This document shows positions 51,553 through 63,755 of a stretch of 64,000 bases of DNA, one piece after another. A program made the translations under genes and the position numbers. Source of the DNA: Eledone cirrhosa (Eukaryota); assembly GCA_964016885.1 (NCBI GenBank), contig OZ024742.1:251720001-251784000 (forward strand). The letters run 5' to 3'. Under the pieces are notes generated by a model that was not told the origin of the DNA, did not search any database, and saw only the letters and a program-made list of their open reading frames with translations. The stretch's first letter is position 1; every line of letters starts with the position of its first letter.

Positions 51553-53222
51553 TCTAAACTATAATAAAGAAAGGAGTTCGGGACTGCATCCAGAATATCA
51601 TATTTTATCCCGTTTGTAAAATAAGTTTGATTACTTTGAATAAATAATGAATGAATATTACATAATTTATCTGCTAAATTTCGTAGCTTTTGATTAAATA
51701 TATTTTATTGCTTATTTAAAGATTCACTTCTTTAAAATCTGCAAATGTCAACACTTCCGGTTAGCGATCAATTAAATAAACATTCATATATTTCCGTCAC
51801 TAATTTTCTCCTAATGCAGTTTATATACAACATCGTCTTTTTTTTTTACTGTATCATGGATTACGTTACTGATTACATAAGAGAGTGTAACACAGTTTTC
51901 GTTCAATTTCTGTGTATATTGTCAATTACGATTTTATTTGATGTATCATATCTACATGCATATAATATCAATATGCACACTACACATGCTAGCAGAAAAC
52001 CACCCTAAGGGTGTTTTTTCTGCTAGTAATCTAAACTATAATAAAGGAAGATCTGCGGGATTGCGTACGGTTTATTTTTTTTTATCCCGTTTGTAAATAA
52101 GTTGGATTACTTTGAATAAATAATGAATGAATATTACATAATTTATTTACTAAATTTCGTTGCTGTTCATTAAATATATTTTGTTTATTTAAAGATTCAC
52201 TTCTTTAAAATTTCTGAAATGTCAACACTTCCGGTGGCGATCGCTTAAATAAACATACTAATCTTCCGTCACTAATGTTCTCCTAATGCAGTTTATATAT
52301 AATTGTTTCTACTTTCGGCACAAGGCCAGCAATTACCCAGTGTATTACTGGTACTTTATTTTATCGACCCCGTAAGGATGAAAGGCAAAGTTAACCTCGG
52401 CGGGATTTGAACTCAGAATGGCAAGGGCCGTAACTCTTTGCTGCAAAGCATGGCGTCCGACCCTCTACCGATACTGCCAAATCGTCTTTTTTAATGTATC
52501 ATGGATTACGTTACTGATTAAATAAGACAGTGTACCACAGTCTTCGTTCAATTTCTATGTATTATATATTGTCACTTACGATTTTATTTGATGTATCATA
52601 TTTATATGTATATATATTTGCGTATAATATCAATATACACACCACACACGCTAGCAGAAAACCACCCGAAGGGTGGTTTTTCTGCTAGTAATAACTATAA
52701 TAAAGGGAGGAGTGCGGTACTGCGTCCCGAATATTTTTTTTTTATCCCGCTAATAAAATAAGTTGGATTACTTTGAATAAATAATGAATAAATATTACCT
52801 AATTTATCTACTAAATTTCGTAGCTGTTGATTAAACATAAATATTTTTATATATAATGATTGCTTATTTTAAGATTCACTTCTTTTAAAATTTTCAAATG
52901 TCTACACTTCCGGTTAGCGTTCGTTATATCATAACACTTATTACATTGCTTATATAAACATCCATATATTTGCATCGTTATATAAGGTTTCATTACATTT
53001 CACCGTAATGCAGTTTATATCGTCTTTTTTTTTTTAATGTATCATGGATTACTTTACTTACAGAAGAGTGTGTAACACAGTGTCTCTTCAATTTCTGTGT
53101 ATATTGTCAATTATGATTTTATTTGATGTATCATATCTACATGCATGTATATTTCCATATAATATAAATATTCACACTACACATGCTAGTAGAAAACCAC
53201 CCAAGGGTTGTTTTTCATCTAG
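51553..53222 (+). mobile_element. Three head-to-tail non-autonomous Helitrons
   Basis: Units 51553-52026, 52030-52688 and ~52691-53222: 5' TCtaaactataataaag, 3' hairpin gcagaaaaccaccc/gggtggttttttctgc plus CTAG|T. Confidence 0.8.
52300..52480 (-). mobile_element. SINE family A inserted in Helitron unit 2
   Basis: Matches 3862-4040; absent from units 1 and 3. Confidence 0.85.
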
Positions 53223-53683
53223 TTGTACTAATAAAATGTTCCGTGTGCATGGTTGTTAATTAGAGTTATCCCCCTTACATTAGAGAGTTCATTGTTGTTT
53301 CGTTATCTTTCAAGAATGTTTTCTGTTGTTTTCATATGATAGGACGTTAAAAGTTAATCAAATTAATATCAACTATACTACATCATAAATAATACATTAA
53401 CAGTAATATTGGTTTGCAAAGACATTCGAAAATTAATTAAAATAATCATCTTTGAAGATCAACTGGCACCAGTGCAATTATTATAGGTGATTGAAATGAT
53501 AGGAGATACTACACATTCAAGTACGGTAACTATTTCATCCATCATTTCATTTTATATATAGATAGATAGATATATGCACATCTTATCACAACAAAATCAC
53601 TTCTATTTTGGGTGCTTATAAACAACTTATATTCTTTTACTGGTTTCAGTCATTACTGGGGTACTACGTTAATTTAATCGATT

Positions 53684-53910
53684 ACTAGCAGAATGGCCCG
53701 GCGTTGCTCGGGATTCTAAACATAGATTGGCATGTTTATCCCTCCTTTCTGAAACAGTTTCGTCGTATGTTCACCAATTGATGCAGAAGTCCTAATAAAA
53801 AGTGAAGTCGCCTTGGGTGAATAGGCAAATAATTTTCTATTAAGATTTTTCAAAAATACGTTTGTTTATATTTTGTTTTTGCGTATGCAAAAATATCTGT
53901 ACACGAATAT
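53684..53910 (-). mobile_element. Helitron 3' fragment
   Basis: actagcagaatggcccggcgttgctcggg = CTAG|T end plus hairpin on the minus strand. Confidence 0.7.
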
Positions 53911-53916
53911 GACTAT

Positions 53917-53990
<74 letters not shown>

Positions 53991-54123
53991 GTTAAACAAG
54001 ATTCAATGAGTACATCAAAGAATGAGTTTTACAGTACATTGGAAGCACTCTACAAGTATATTTTCCAGAGTTATTAATATTAATTCAAATATTAACAAAA
54101 TAGATATTCTTGTGATCAATTAA

Positions 54124-54188
54124 ATTTTATTATACATATTTCAGAGGTACTGAATTAAGTTCAACAGTACGTCCTCATCAGATAAAAT
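54124..54188 (-). ncRNA. Type I hammerhead ribozyme
   Basis: attttat-CTGATGA-ggac gtactg...cagtac ctct-GAAA-tatgta-TA-ataaaat. Confidence 0.75.
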
Positions 54189-56554
54189 AAAATGATACAT
54201 GACCTACCCTGACATGATAGATGGTTAAGATTTAATCAAGGTAGTGATTAACATATGAGAAAACTCAATATTTATACCCTAATATTGAGAACATGAGAAA
54301 ACGTAATAGAATCAATAGAGAGAGTGTGAGTAATATATTTTAAGAAATACATTCTCTCAATGTAACAATTATAGGATTTTTAATATTTAAAATACTACTA
54401 TAGAGCTATGCGGTAGAGGAAGACGTAGCTGAAGTTATAACTTATTTAGTATTTAGCTTGAGAAGACAAATGACAGATAATTAAAGAGAGGAAGAGACAA
54501 AGGGGAGTAATTTATGCTCAAATTTCTTTATACACACATAATCATATATAGTTTTGGCGGTTAATTTTCAAAATATTTAATTTATTTCAGGGTAAAGAAT
54601 CAAAATTTTAGGTTTTAAAAGTTGATGGGTATTTGTATTAATATTATAATATAATTATGTTCAAAATTTTATGAAAACAAATTTAAAGGATTTACGAAGC
54701 CCACGAAAGAAAGAAAATATACATATAATGTTCAATATTCCCACAAAGGTAATCTTTATCAAAATTACTTATAACACTGACAACATTTTCTATAATATAA
54801 TTTATGAAATATTTACAGTTATAACTATTAATGAATTTATTGTTAAATAGTTATAGTGCCTAAAGTATTAACAGGTCTTATAATTAAACCTAAAGAAGTC
54901 AGGGTTTTCAGCTATATATATGTGTGTATTGATCATAATACAAGGACTATAATTTATTATTTGTTCGTATATTATATTAAGTAAGTGATTATATAAGTTC
55001 GACCTTCTAGGGAAAACCGAACTATAATTTATTATTAGTTCATATATTATATTAAGTAAATGATTGTATAAGTTCGACCTTCCAGGGAAAATCAAACACT
55101 TATAATAATGTCATTTGGGTGTTTAAATTATTTATATAAATGTAACTACGATTATGTTATTACCGTAGATAAAGATATTTGTATAAAACTATATATAGAT
55201 GTACTAGATATTAATGAAACGGTAAACATTTAATAAAAATAGTAATTATAATCATTGTTATTAGTTTTATACAAATGTAACTATGGTTATGTTATACTAG
55301 ATAAAGATATTTGTACAAACTATATATAGAGATATACTAAGTATTAATGAAACGGTATACATTTAATAAAGAATAACAATTATAATCTTTGTTAGTAGTT
55401 TTATATAAGTGTAACTACGATTATGTTATTACACTAGATAAAGATATTTGTACAAACTATACATAGATATACTAGATATTAATGAAACGGTATATATTTA
55501 ATAAAAAATAGCCATTATAAACATTGTTAGTAGTTTTACCTCCAGTTCAGCGGAGAGATAAACCAATATTTGTCTGCTATTATAGTTTGTTAAATATACA
55601 TAAAAAAGCAAAGCGCAAAATCAACTTTCTGAGTCCTCAAAAACCATCTCAAAATGAGTAAAATAAATATATATATATATATAAAAAAAATATATATATA
55701 TATATAAAAATATGTAAACGCATGAATGATCCACAGTTCAAATTAAAATCAGTAAAATTTACAGGTTAGATATCTAAACTATATATTTAAAACAGAGATA
55801 GAAAAATAAACATGTGAATCAAAGTTAAAAATATCAACAACAAAAAATCCCATAGAGTATGCACATATATCCAGCAAACAAGTGTCATTCATTCAAACAT
55901 TAGTTCCATTATAAATGATTAGAAGATAAAGCATTATTAAAGTTTTATAAGCCTTATATGTTCAACAGTTGATGATGTACGTCGAAAATCAGGCTTGGTT
56001 GCTTAACGGTCAACCAGATATGTTTGGATATATATTGTATATATAAATAATTATCTAAAGACTTGGTATTAACCTTCATATAAATACACCCAATTATATT
56101 TAAAATTTCGATTGATGAATACTTTTAGATAATTCAATGAATTGAGTTTTTTTCTTTTTCCTAAAGCTAAGCCCAAATGTTGTTCTAATTAATATCTCCC
56201 TATATATTACACTATAGAAATTATTCCTCTTTATCTCTCTCTCTGTAATCAACACTCTTTTGCTTTCTATGCTCTTACTAGCTATATTATCCCCGCATCT
56301 GTTTCTTTCTCTATGCCTTTCTTTTCTTTCCTCTTTCTTCAGTAATTTAAATTATTTGAATCACTAACAGTTATATTGCTGCTATGTATTTTTTAAGCTT
56401 TCTCACACGCACCCTTACTATTATATGTATTATATGTAGGTTTTTTTCATGTTTCAATATCAAGGTATATAAATATTGAGTTTTGTCATATATTACTCAC
56501 TACCATGACTGAATCTTAACCATCTACGATGTCAGGGTATGTCATGCATCATCT

Positions 56555-56621
56555 TATTTTATCTGATGAGGACGTACTGTTGAAGTTAACTCAGTACCGC
56601 TGAAATATGTATAATAAAATA
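56555..56621 (+). ncRNA. Type I hammerhead ribozyme, inverted partner of 54124-54188
   Basis: tattttat-CTGATGA-ggac gtactg ttgaagttaact cagtac cgct-GAAA-tatgta-TA-ataaaata; 8-bp stem I. Confidence 0.78.
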
Positions 56622-56650
56622 TACTTGATCACAAGAATATCTATTTTGTT

Positions 56651-56652
<2 letters not shown>

Positions 56653-56682
<30 letters not shown>

Positions 56683-57213
56683 ACGTTTAACGTCCGTGTT
56701 CCACGCTTGCATGGGTTTGGACGGGGGTAGTCCCACTTGAGGCAAGAGTGATTGTCTTGCTCGCATAGGACTGTCTGGCAGGTTTTCTACAGTTGGATGC
56801 CCTTCCTAACACCAACCACATTTACAGTGTGGGTCTGGGAGGTTTTTACCGTGTTGCCTACACGGCCACATTACAGCGTGGACTGTGTGTTTTTTTGTCG
56901 TGACACCTACACGATCTCATTTGTTTTGGTCTCGATGGCGCGGCACCAACATAACTTTACATAGAACGGGGTGGTGTGGATGGGGAGGGGGGGGGGGGTG
57001 TATTTTGTTAGAGATGCCTACTGGCTGGAGTAGGTTTTACTATATATTTAGGTAAGGCGGGTCTTCTCTGTTACTGAGTACCGCCAAAGGTCTCGGTCCA
57101 GTGACATTGTCTTGGAGAGGTGTAAGTGTGTGATGTCGGAGTTTATCAGCTCGTCCCAGGTTTTTCTAGGTCTGCCTATTCCGTGACTACCGTCTATCTT
57201 TATTGCCCTGCAC
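56653..57213 (-). mobile_element. RTE LINE 3' fragment with (GAT)n tail
   Basis: Close match to 4250-4806. Confidence 0.9.
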
Positions 57214-57429
57214 TTATTAATATTAATTCAAAATATTAACAACTCCGGAAAACTTTTTTTGTTGAGTGCTTCCAATCTATTGTAAAACTCATTCTTTGAT
57301 TTATTCATTGAACCTTGTTTAACCTTTAAATATACAATATATATATATATATATATTGAATATTATTATTATTCGAAAAACTCAGATTACATTTATTATA
57401 TATATTTATATATAATATATAATGTGTTA

Positions 57430-58925
57430 GAAATGACACTGCTGCACTTAGCACTACTGGTGCTCAAAAGAAAAGTCTGGAAATGTTACTACAAAAAGCT
57501 GATGAATGTAGAGAATGGATGGGAGGCAGAGGGACTATACCAGACTTACCCAGCAGAGGGACCAGCTATTGAAATTGTTCAATTAAAGAAGCAATCAATG
57601 AGATGAAGAATGGTAAAGCTGTTAGACTGTCAAAGATAGTTGCCGGGATACTGAAAGCATTGGGAGAAGTAGGAGCCGAACTAGTAACCTGTATAGTCAA
57701 TCAGGTAATACAGGATGGAATCATACCCAATGACTGGTGCAGCAGTACATTCATAAATTGCTACAAAGGTAAATATGATGCTGTAGAAAAGAACAATTAC
57801 AGAGGAATAAAACTAATGGACTAAGTTGTGAAAGTGATGGAAAGAGTTCTAGCACAGCTAATTAGGGAAAGAGTCAATTTAGATGGGATGGAGTTCAGTT
57901 TTGTGCCTGGAAAAACAACTATAGATGCCCTCTTTTTAGTGATGCAACTAGAAGAGAGGTTCCTAAGCAAGAATAAACTGCTGTATTTAGCTTTTGTTGA
58001 TCTAGAAAAGGACTTTGACAGAGTACCTCGTTTTGTTATCTAGTGATCTTTAACAAAATTAGGTGTAGAAGAATGGCTTGTGAGAGTTGTGTAAGCTATG
58101 TACTGAGGAGCTGTCAGTAAAGTGAGTAGGAACTGAATTTAGTGAGGAATTCAAATTGCACATAGGAGTTCATTAGTATTCAGTTCTCAGCTCATTGCTG
58201 TTTATTATAGTTCTCCAGGCCATAACAAAGAAGTTTAAGACTGACTGTCCATGGGAACCTATCTATGCAGATGATCTGGCCCTTATAGCTGACCCCATAA
58301 AAGAACTAGAGAATAAGTTTTAACTATATAAACAGAATTTGATATCAAAAGGGCTAAAAGTAAACTTAGCCAAAACTAAAGGGCTAGTGCATAGGAAAGA
58401 AGATAGAACTCTGATTCCTTCAGAGAAGTGGCCCTGCTCAATATGTCAAAAAGGAGTAGGCATACACGATGTACACAATGTATACAATGTAAATCTTGGG
58501 TACATAACATGTAGTGGGATAACAAGCAGACTAACTGGAAGGAAAGACTGTATGTAGATACACTGGGTTGATCAATAGAAAGAGCATTGAACTGAGGAGA
58601 AACTGGGTTTAAGAGGAATCCAAAGTGGTGCACAAGAGAGAAGACTGTTTGTATGGGCATGGGATGCACATGGATGATCACTAGGTGAAGCAGTACAGGC
58701 AATTCCAATAGAAGGAAGCCACAGTAGGAAAACCAAGGAAGACCTGAGTGGAGGTGGGGAGAGTTGATCTCAAATTGCTGAGATTCACAGAGATGATGAC
58801 ATAGGAACATGGCAAGTGGAGAGATGATGACATAGGAACATGGCAAGTGGAGAGATGATGTACTGAAAAGGACCCGTCCAACTTGTGTGAGCATGGAAAA
58901 ATGGACATAAAAATGATGGTGATGA
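57430..58925 (+). mobile_element. Old degenerate RTE LINE fragment
   Basis: NNYRGIKL, AFVDLEKDFDRVP, YADD, PSEKWPCSIC; gatgat tail. Confidence 0.85.
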
Positions 58926-60682
58926 TATATATATATATATATTGAGTTAACCAAAAGGAATAAAAATTGCAAATTAATGAGCTTAAATATATCTGCACCG
59001 GCAGCCTAAAGAAACACTTGAACCTTACCAAGAGAAGATTTCTGTTCTTCTCCACACACTCCAGTCTGGGAGTTGTGACCAACTGACCATCAACATGTGG
59101 TAACAATTATTTATATCAATTTATTTGACTTCTGTGAAGTAAAACCATGTCACAACACTCACCTGCAATTATTGTCATTCTTGATAATTTATATACACCT
59201 GATACTAATATCCTAAAATTTCATTCTCACCAAAAAGCATGATAGAAGAATGATCATAAACACACAGTCCCTTCCAGGTAAGGAATGCACCTCTCAGCAT
59301 TACCTGATAGTTAGTGACTTACTAATTAAAGCTAGATGAACTCAGAGATGGAGGGCAACCTGGAGCAGAAAGATATGGAAATTAAAGGAACTCTCAGCCT
59401 GTAACAAATTTAAGGATATCTTACTTGACACTTTTGACAATAAGGAAGAAACAATAGCGACATATGCTATAGAGGAGCAGTGGGAGTTCCTGAAAGATAA
59501 TCTACTGAAGGCTACAAATGAGGTCCAAGGAGTAGGAGAGTGAATTGGTGGTGGATGAAATAATTAAGGCATAGAGTTAGGCATGGAAGGAATAGCAAAA
59601 TGGAGGTAGAAGAGAGATTTACCAAGTGGCAACGAGAGAGGCGAGAAGCAGAAAGTAAAAAATTTGTGCATGTTATGCGGGTTGATGACCAAAGGCATGA
59701 GGTGTTCAGGATCGCAAGGCAGTGTGTTAGGAAAATTAGTGATGTCGTGGGACAGAAGGAAGTGAGTCTATGATGACAATGGTGCACTTGCTCTCAATGA
59801 AAATGAAAAGGCAGCATGAAAGTGTCATTATGAGAGACTGATGAATGAGGAAAATGTGTGGGAAGAAAATAGCTTGCCCCCCGTGACCCTACAGAGGGAC
59901 CAGTGGTATAAATTAGTAACAGTATAGTAAGGCAATTAAAGACATGAAAACAGGCAAAGAAACAATGCCATCGTGAATAGTTGCTGGCATGCTGAAAACA
60001 TCTGGGATGGTAGGGCACACCAACCACCTATATTGTTAACCAAGTAATACAAAATGGTGCTACACCCATTGACTGGTGTAGCAGCATCATCAACTGCTAC
60101 AAGGGCAAAGATGATTCACTAGACAGAGGGAACTATCGTGGCATCAAACTGATAGACCTTGTCATGAAGGTTACAGAGTCATTGAGATGCAATTCAGATT
60201 TGTGCCAGGAAAAAGTACCATAGATGCCCTCTTCCTTGTGAGGCAACTGCAGAAGTATCTAGCTAACAGCAAAGCCCTTTACTTAGCCTTTGTTGACCTC
60301 AAGAAAGCTTTTGACAGGGATCCCCATTCTGAAATCTGGTGGGCACTTAGGAAACTAGGTGTAAAAGAGTGGCTAGTGAGTACAAGTCATGTACAGAGGT
60401 GCTGTCAGTAAGGTTAAAGTTAATAATGACTATAGCAAGGAGTTTAGTGTGAAAGTTAGGGTCCACCAAAGTTCTGTTCTTAGCTCTTTCCCATTTATTA
60501 TCGTCCCCCAGACTATAACAGAAGAGTTTAAAACAGGATGCCCTTGGGAACTCCTGTATGCTGATGATCTAACACTCATAGCTGAATCTATGACAGAACT
60601 AAAGAAAGAATTCCTGACTTGGAAGCATAACCTAGAATCAAAAGGTTTTAAAGCCAACGTGGCAAAGAACAAAGTTCTAGTA

Positions 60683-61417
60683 GACATTTGTTGTTTCCAA
60701 AGAAGGGACTTCTTGATTTCTAAACCAATATGTCGGGACATCGGAGGTGGGACAGCATTACCAACCTGACGATGTTTATCAAGAATTCCTCCAAAGAAAC
60801 GGTATGTGTCAGGAAAACCCTGTTCAGGGTGGAGCACACGACCCTGTTTTCCTATGGGTTCAGGATTAGTGAGGGTTGTACTGAAGAAACCATCCCATTC
60901 TACTTGACCATAGAGTCCGGACCAGTGGTTGTGTCTGTTACCAGTATGAGGCAGACACCAGGGAATCAAAGTGTTAAACTGTCGGTCCATTGGGTCACAC
61001 TTGCCGTCGAGGGCACAGGCACACACACACTCCTCAATTGATTGTTAGGCCCTTTGCCATTTCGTTTATCGTGGTGACTGTAATGAATTTTTTTGGTTTT
61101 GTTCCCATCAGATAATTTAAGAATAACATTTGGTAAGTCCCTCCAATCAGCGCCAGGACATAATGGAATATGTGCATCCTTGCGTGTACCAATGGACTCA
61201 TCTCTTTACAGATATGATCACGAAGAATTGGTTGATGTTGCTTGCCACGAATCAGTCTTTGAAAATATGAATATGGTTCCCCATTATACTGGATTTCTTC
61301 GTCTTTATCACCATTTCGAATCTCTGGTAAGTCAGACATGGTGTCTCGTACAGTAATAGTCCGAAATGGGGCAGAACCAGTACGGGTTATTGTAGAGTTA
61401 TACTTCTCATCAACGAC
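60683..61417 (-). pseudogene. DNMT1: Processed, truncated DNA (cytosine-5)-methyltransferase 1 retrocopy (TRD and motif X)
   Basis: [22 protein letters not shown]...[13 protein letters not shown]...[15 protein letters not shown]...[20 protein letters not shown]...[29 protein letters not shown]...[12 protein letters not shown]; no introns, one frameshift, 13-codon deletion. Confidence 0.93.
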
Positions 61418-61439
61418 GCTCCTTTGCCAAACTTCTCAT

Positions 61440-62030
61440 CAACGACACTCCTTTGCCAAACTCACTCCAGAAATTTTCAGGCCTCTCTATGTCGCCCTCG
61501 TAAAACCGCACCTAGAATATGGCATCCAAGCATCAAACCCATATCTCATCCGGGATATCCATCACTTGGAGAGAGTTCAATGACTAGTGACTCGAACGGT
61601 ACAGGGTCTTCATGAGCTGCCCTACGAAAGCCGGCTGCAGAAACTGAACCTCTTCTCCTTGAAGCATCGACGGCTACGAGGCAATCTCATTTTGGCTTAC
61701 AATCTCTTCAATGGCCATTACAATCTCCCTCAAGATCTCCTATTCTCTCCGGCACTTGAAAGGGGTCTACATGGACATGACAAAAAGCTGTTTCACTGCT
61801 TTCACCTAAATAGACGGAAAGCTGCTTTCTCGATCCGCATCTCTGGACCCTGGAATCGGCTTCCAGAAGAAGTAGTCAACGCGCCAACCACGCAACAATT
61901 CAAGGCAAAATTGGACCAGTGTTGGACCACTGTGTTTCCGACTGTGTAAATTTTGCCCCTCTCCCCTCGTTACATGGCATCTGAAGCATCTATGTTTTAT
62001 TTTCTGCCAAATATATTGAATTGAATTGAA
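61440..62030 (+). mobile_element. CR1/L2-group LINE 3' fragment with (TTGAA)n tail
   Basis: LYVALVKPHLEYG...LERVQ...LPYESRLQKLNLFSL..RRLRG.LI...WNRLPEEVV. Confidence 0.88.
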
Positions 62031-62639
62031 AATAGTATGTAGTAAAGAAAATAAGGCTCTGATTCCTTCTGGGAAATGGCCCTGCTCAGTGTGTAAGGAA
62101 AGGGGTGGGTAGAAATTCCATCCTCTGTCCCAAATGCAAGCTATGGGTACACAAGAGATGTAGTGGAATCTCAGATAGGTTAACTAAGAACGTAGGTTTT
62201 ACATGTGGCCATTGCACAGGAACAGTAAGTGACAAACACTCAAGAAACAAGTGCTATCAAATTCTTGGAAGGTTCCATAGAAGCAGTTGACAGCTTCTGC
62301 TACCTAGATGACCAAATAAGCCGTGGAGGTGGGTGTGCCAAAAGTACAGTAGCGAGAGTGAGAACGTGGTCGTAGCCTTGAAACTGTGATTCCTCTGTGA
62401 GAAGAGTTTGGCATGGTCAACTGGCCTGTCCCTCCTCATAGCAGTGCCATCCAGTTCCACTCTGCAAATGTGGTTGCTGCACCAAACTGTGGTTCCACTT
62501 TGAGAAGGGTTTGGTGCAGCCAACTGCCCTGAACCACCCCCCCCCCCTCATAGTGGTGCCATCCAGTTCCAGGTTCCCAAACTGTGGTTCTGTTGTGTGA
62601 AGGGTTCAGTGTGGCCCACTGGCCTGTCCCTCCTCGTAG

Positions 62640-63010
62640 CAGTGCTATCCAGTTCCACACTGTAATTGTAAGGTGAAGGAGATGCACTGGAAGAGCCATT
62701 CCATCTCATGAGGCTCACACCTGCGGTTAGCCAGCTCAGCGCCTATGGTGGTGAGTAGGGAGGTAGCCCTAGGGCCAAGGACACCAGAAGTCTCGACTGC
62801 AAATCTGTCAGAGAGCGACCGATATTGGAGAGTTTACTCTCCTCAGCCCGAAATGCAGCAGAGTCTGGGTTAGTTGCAGACTGCACCAGGTTGCCGCTAG
62901 AGAATGTGTTGCTGCATGTGGAATCCCAGACGAGGGGATTACCGCCACAGAAAGGAAGATGGTCATACTATCTGGCCTTTTGCAGTCCCCTTGGTCCAGC
63001 CCCACCAACT
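62640..63010 (-). mobile_element. CRE-like non-LTR fragment
   Basis: VGLDQGDCKRPDSMT; homologous to 49780-50140. Confidence 0.7.
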
Positions 63011-63553
63011 TATGGCCTGAAAGACTATTATAAATTAAAGGGGGAAGAAGTTTGAGCCTTGTTGGGCCCTTGTCTGTGTAGCAAATTTATTGCTGTGCTC
63101 ATTGATAACTCTTAACTTTCCAACAGCACAGCATAACCCTCACAAGCAATCCATTGAATCCTTTATTGAGAAAACAAGAAAGCAATTATATATTGTTACA
63201 TATGAGGCAGTAGAACAGACTACTGCAATGTATTGTCTGTGCTTTGTTCATATGTAATCTACTTCACTTGAGAAGCTTCTAAACATGTATTTTCACCAGG
63301 AAATGTATTTAATATGGATAAGGTGGTAAATACATTCTGGGATAGGTGGAGTGTGTTACTTATTTTGTTATTGCATCTGATAAAATTTTATGAAATATAT
63401 TGTTGCTGGAGATGATGATGATTCTTCTTCTCCTCCCCCATCCTCATTCTGTTTTCCCAGCAAGCAAAAGTTGGACAGGTCTTCACAGACAGAGATAGTA
63501 CTCAAGTGGGACTACACACCTCACAGATGAACCAGGGCTTGTATCTTACTTAG

Positions 63554-63755
63554 ATATGTCCTATGCTCTACTTAGTGCAGTTTATCATGACACCGCTGAA
63601 AGATCCTGCCCTTTGTTTGGCAAGCTTTCTACAGGTCAAGGCCCATCTTATCACCAATCATTTCACAGGGTTTACTGGATGCATTTATCATATCTGATGC
63701 AATTGAAGGGTCCCCCTGACCCTCTGTTTAGCAAAGAATTATTAATTCTAGAGAA
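63554..63755 (+). CDS. Possible isolated coding exon of unknown product
   Basis: cttacttAG acceptor, frame open for all 202 nt, GTAAG donor, non-repetitive sequence; protein not recognised. Confidence 0.3.

Larger units (their letters stand above)
53986..57327. mobile_element. AT-rich element with long inverted arms each carrying a hammerhead; right arm split by an RTE insertion
   Basis: 53986-54300 is approximately the reverse complement of 56440-56652 plus 57217-57327; internal ~130-bp tandem repeats at 55130-55540. Confidence 0.75.
59200..62370 (+). mobile_element. Degenerate RTE LINE split by the DNMT1/CR1 insertion (60683-62032)
   Basis: [20 protein letters not shown], ...AKNKVLV | insertion | SKENKALIPSGKWPC...CPKCKLWVHKRCSG resumes after 62033. 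Confidence 0.85.

Noticed and set aside
59836-60570. CTGATGA matches inside LINE coding remnants
   Set aside because: Part of coding motifs such as YADD; no hammerhead stems
60430-61339. Functional DNMT1 gene or transposon-encoded methyltransferase
   Set aside because: Lacks motifs I-VIII and IX, has a frameshift, and the ORF tail is antisense RTE
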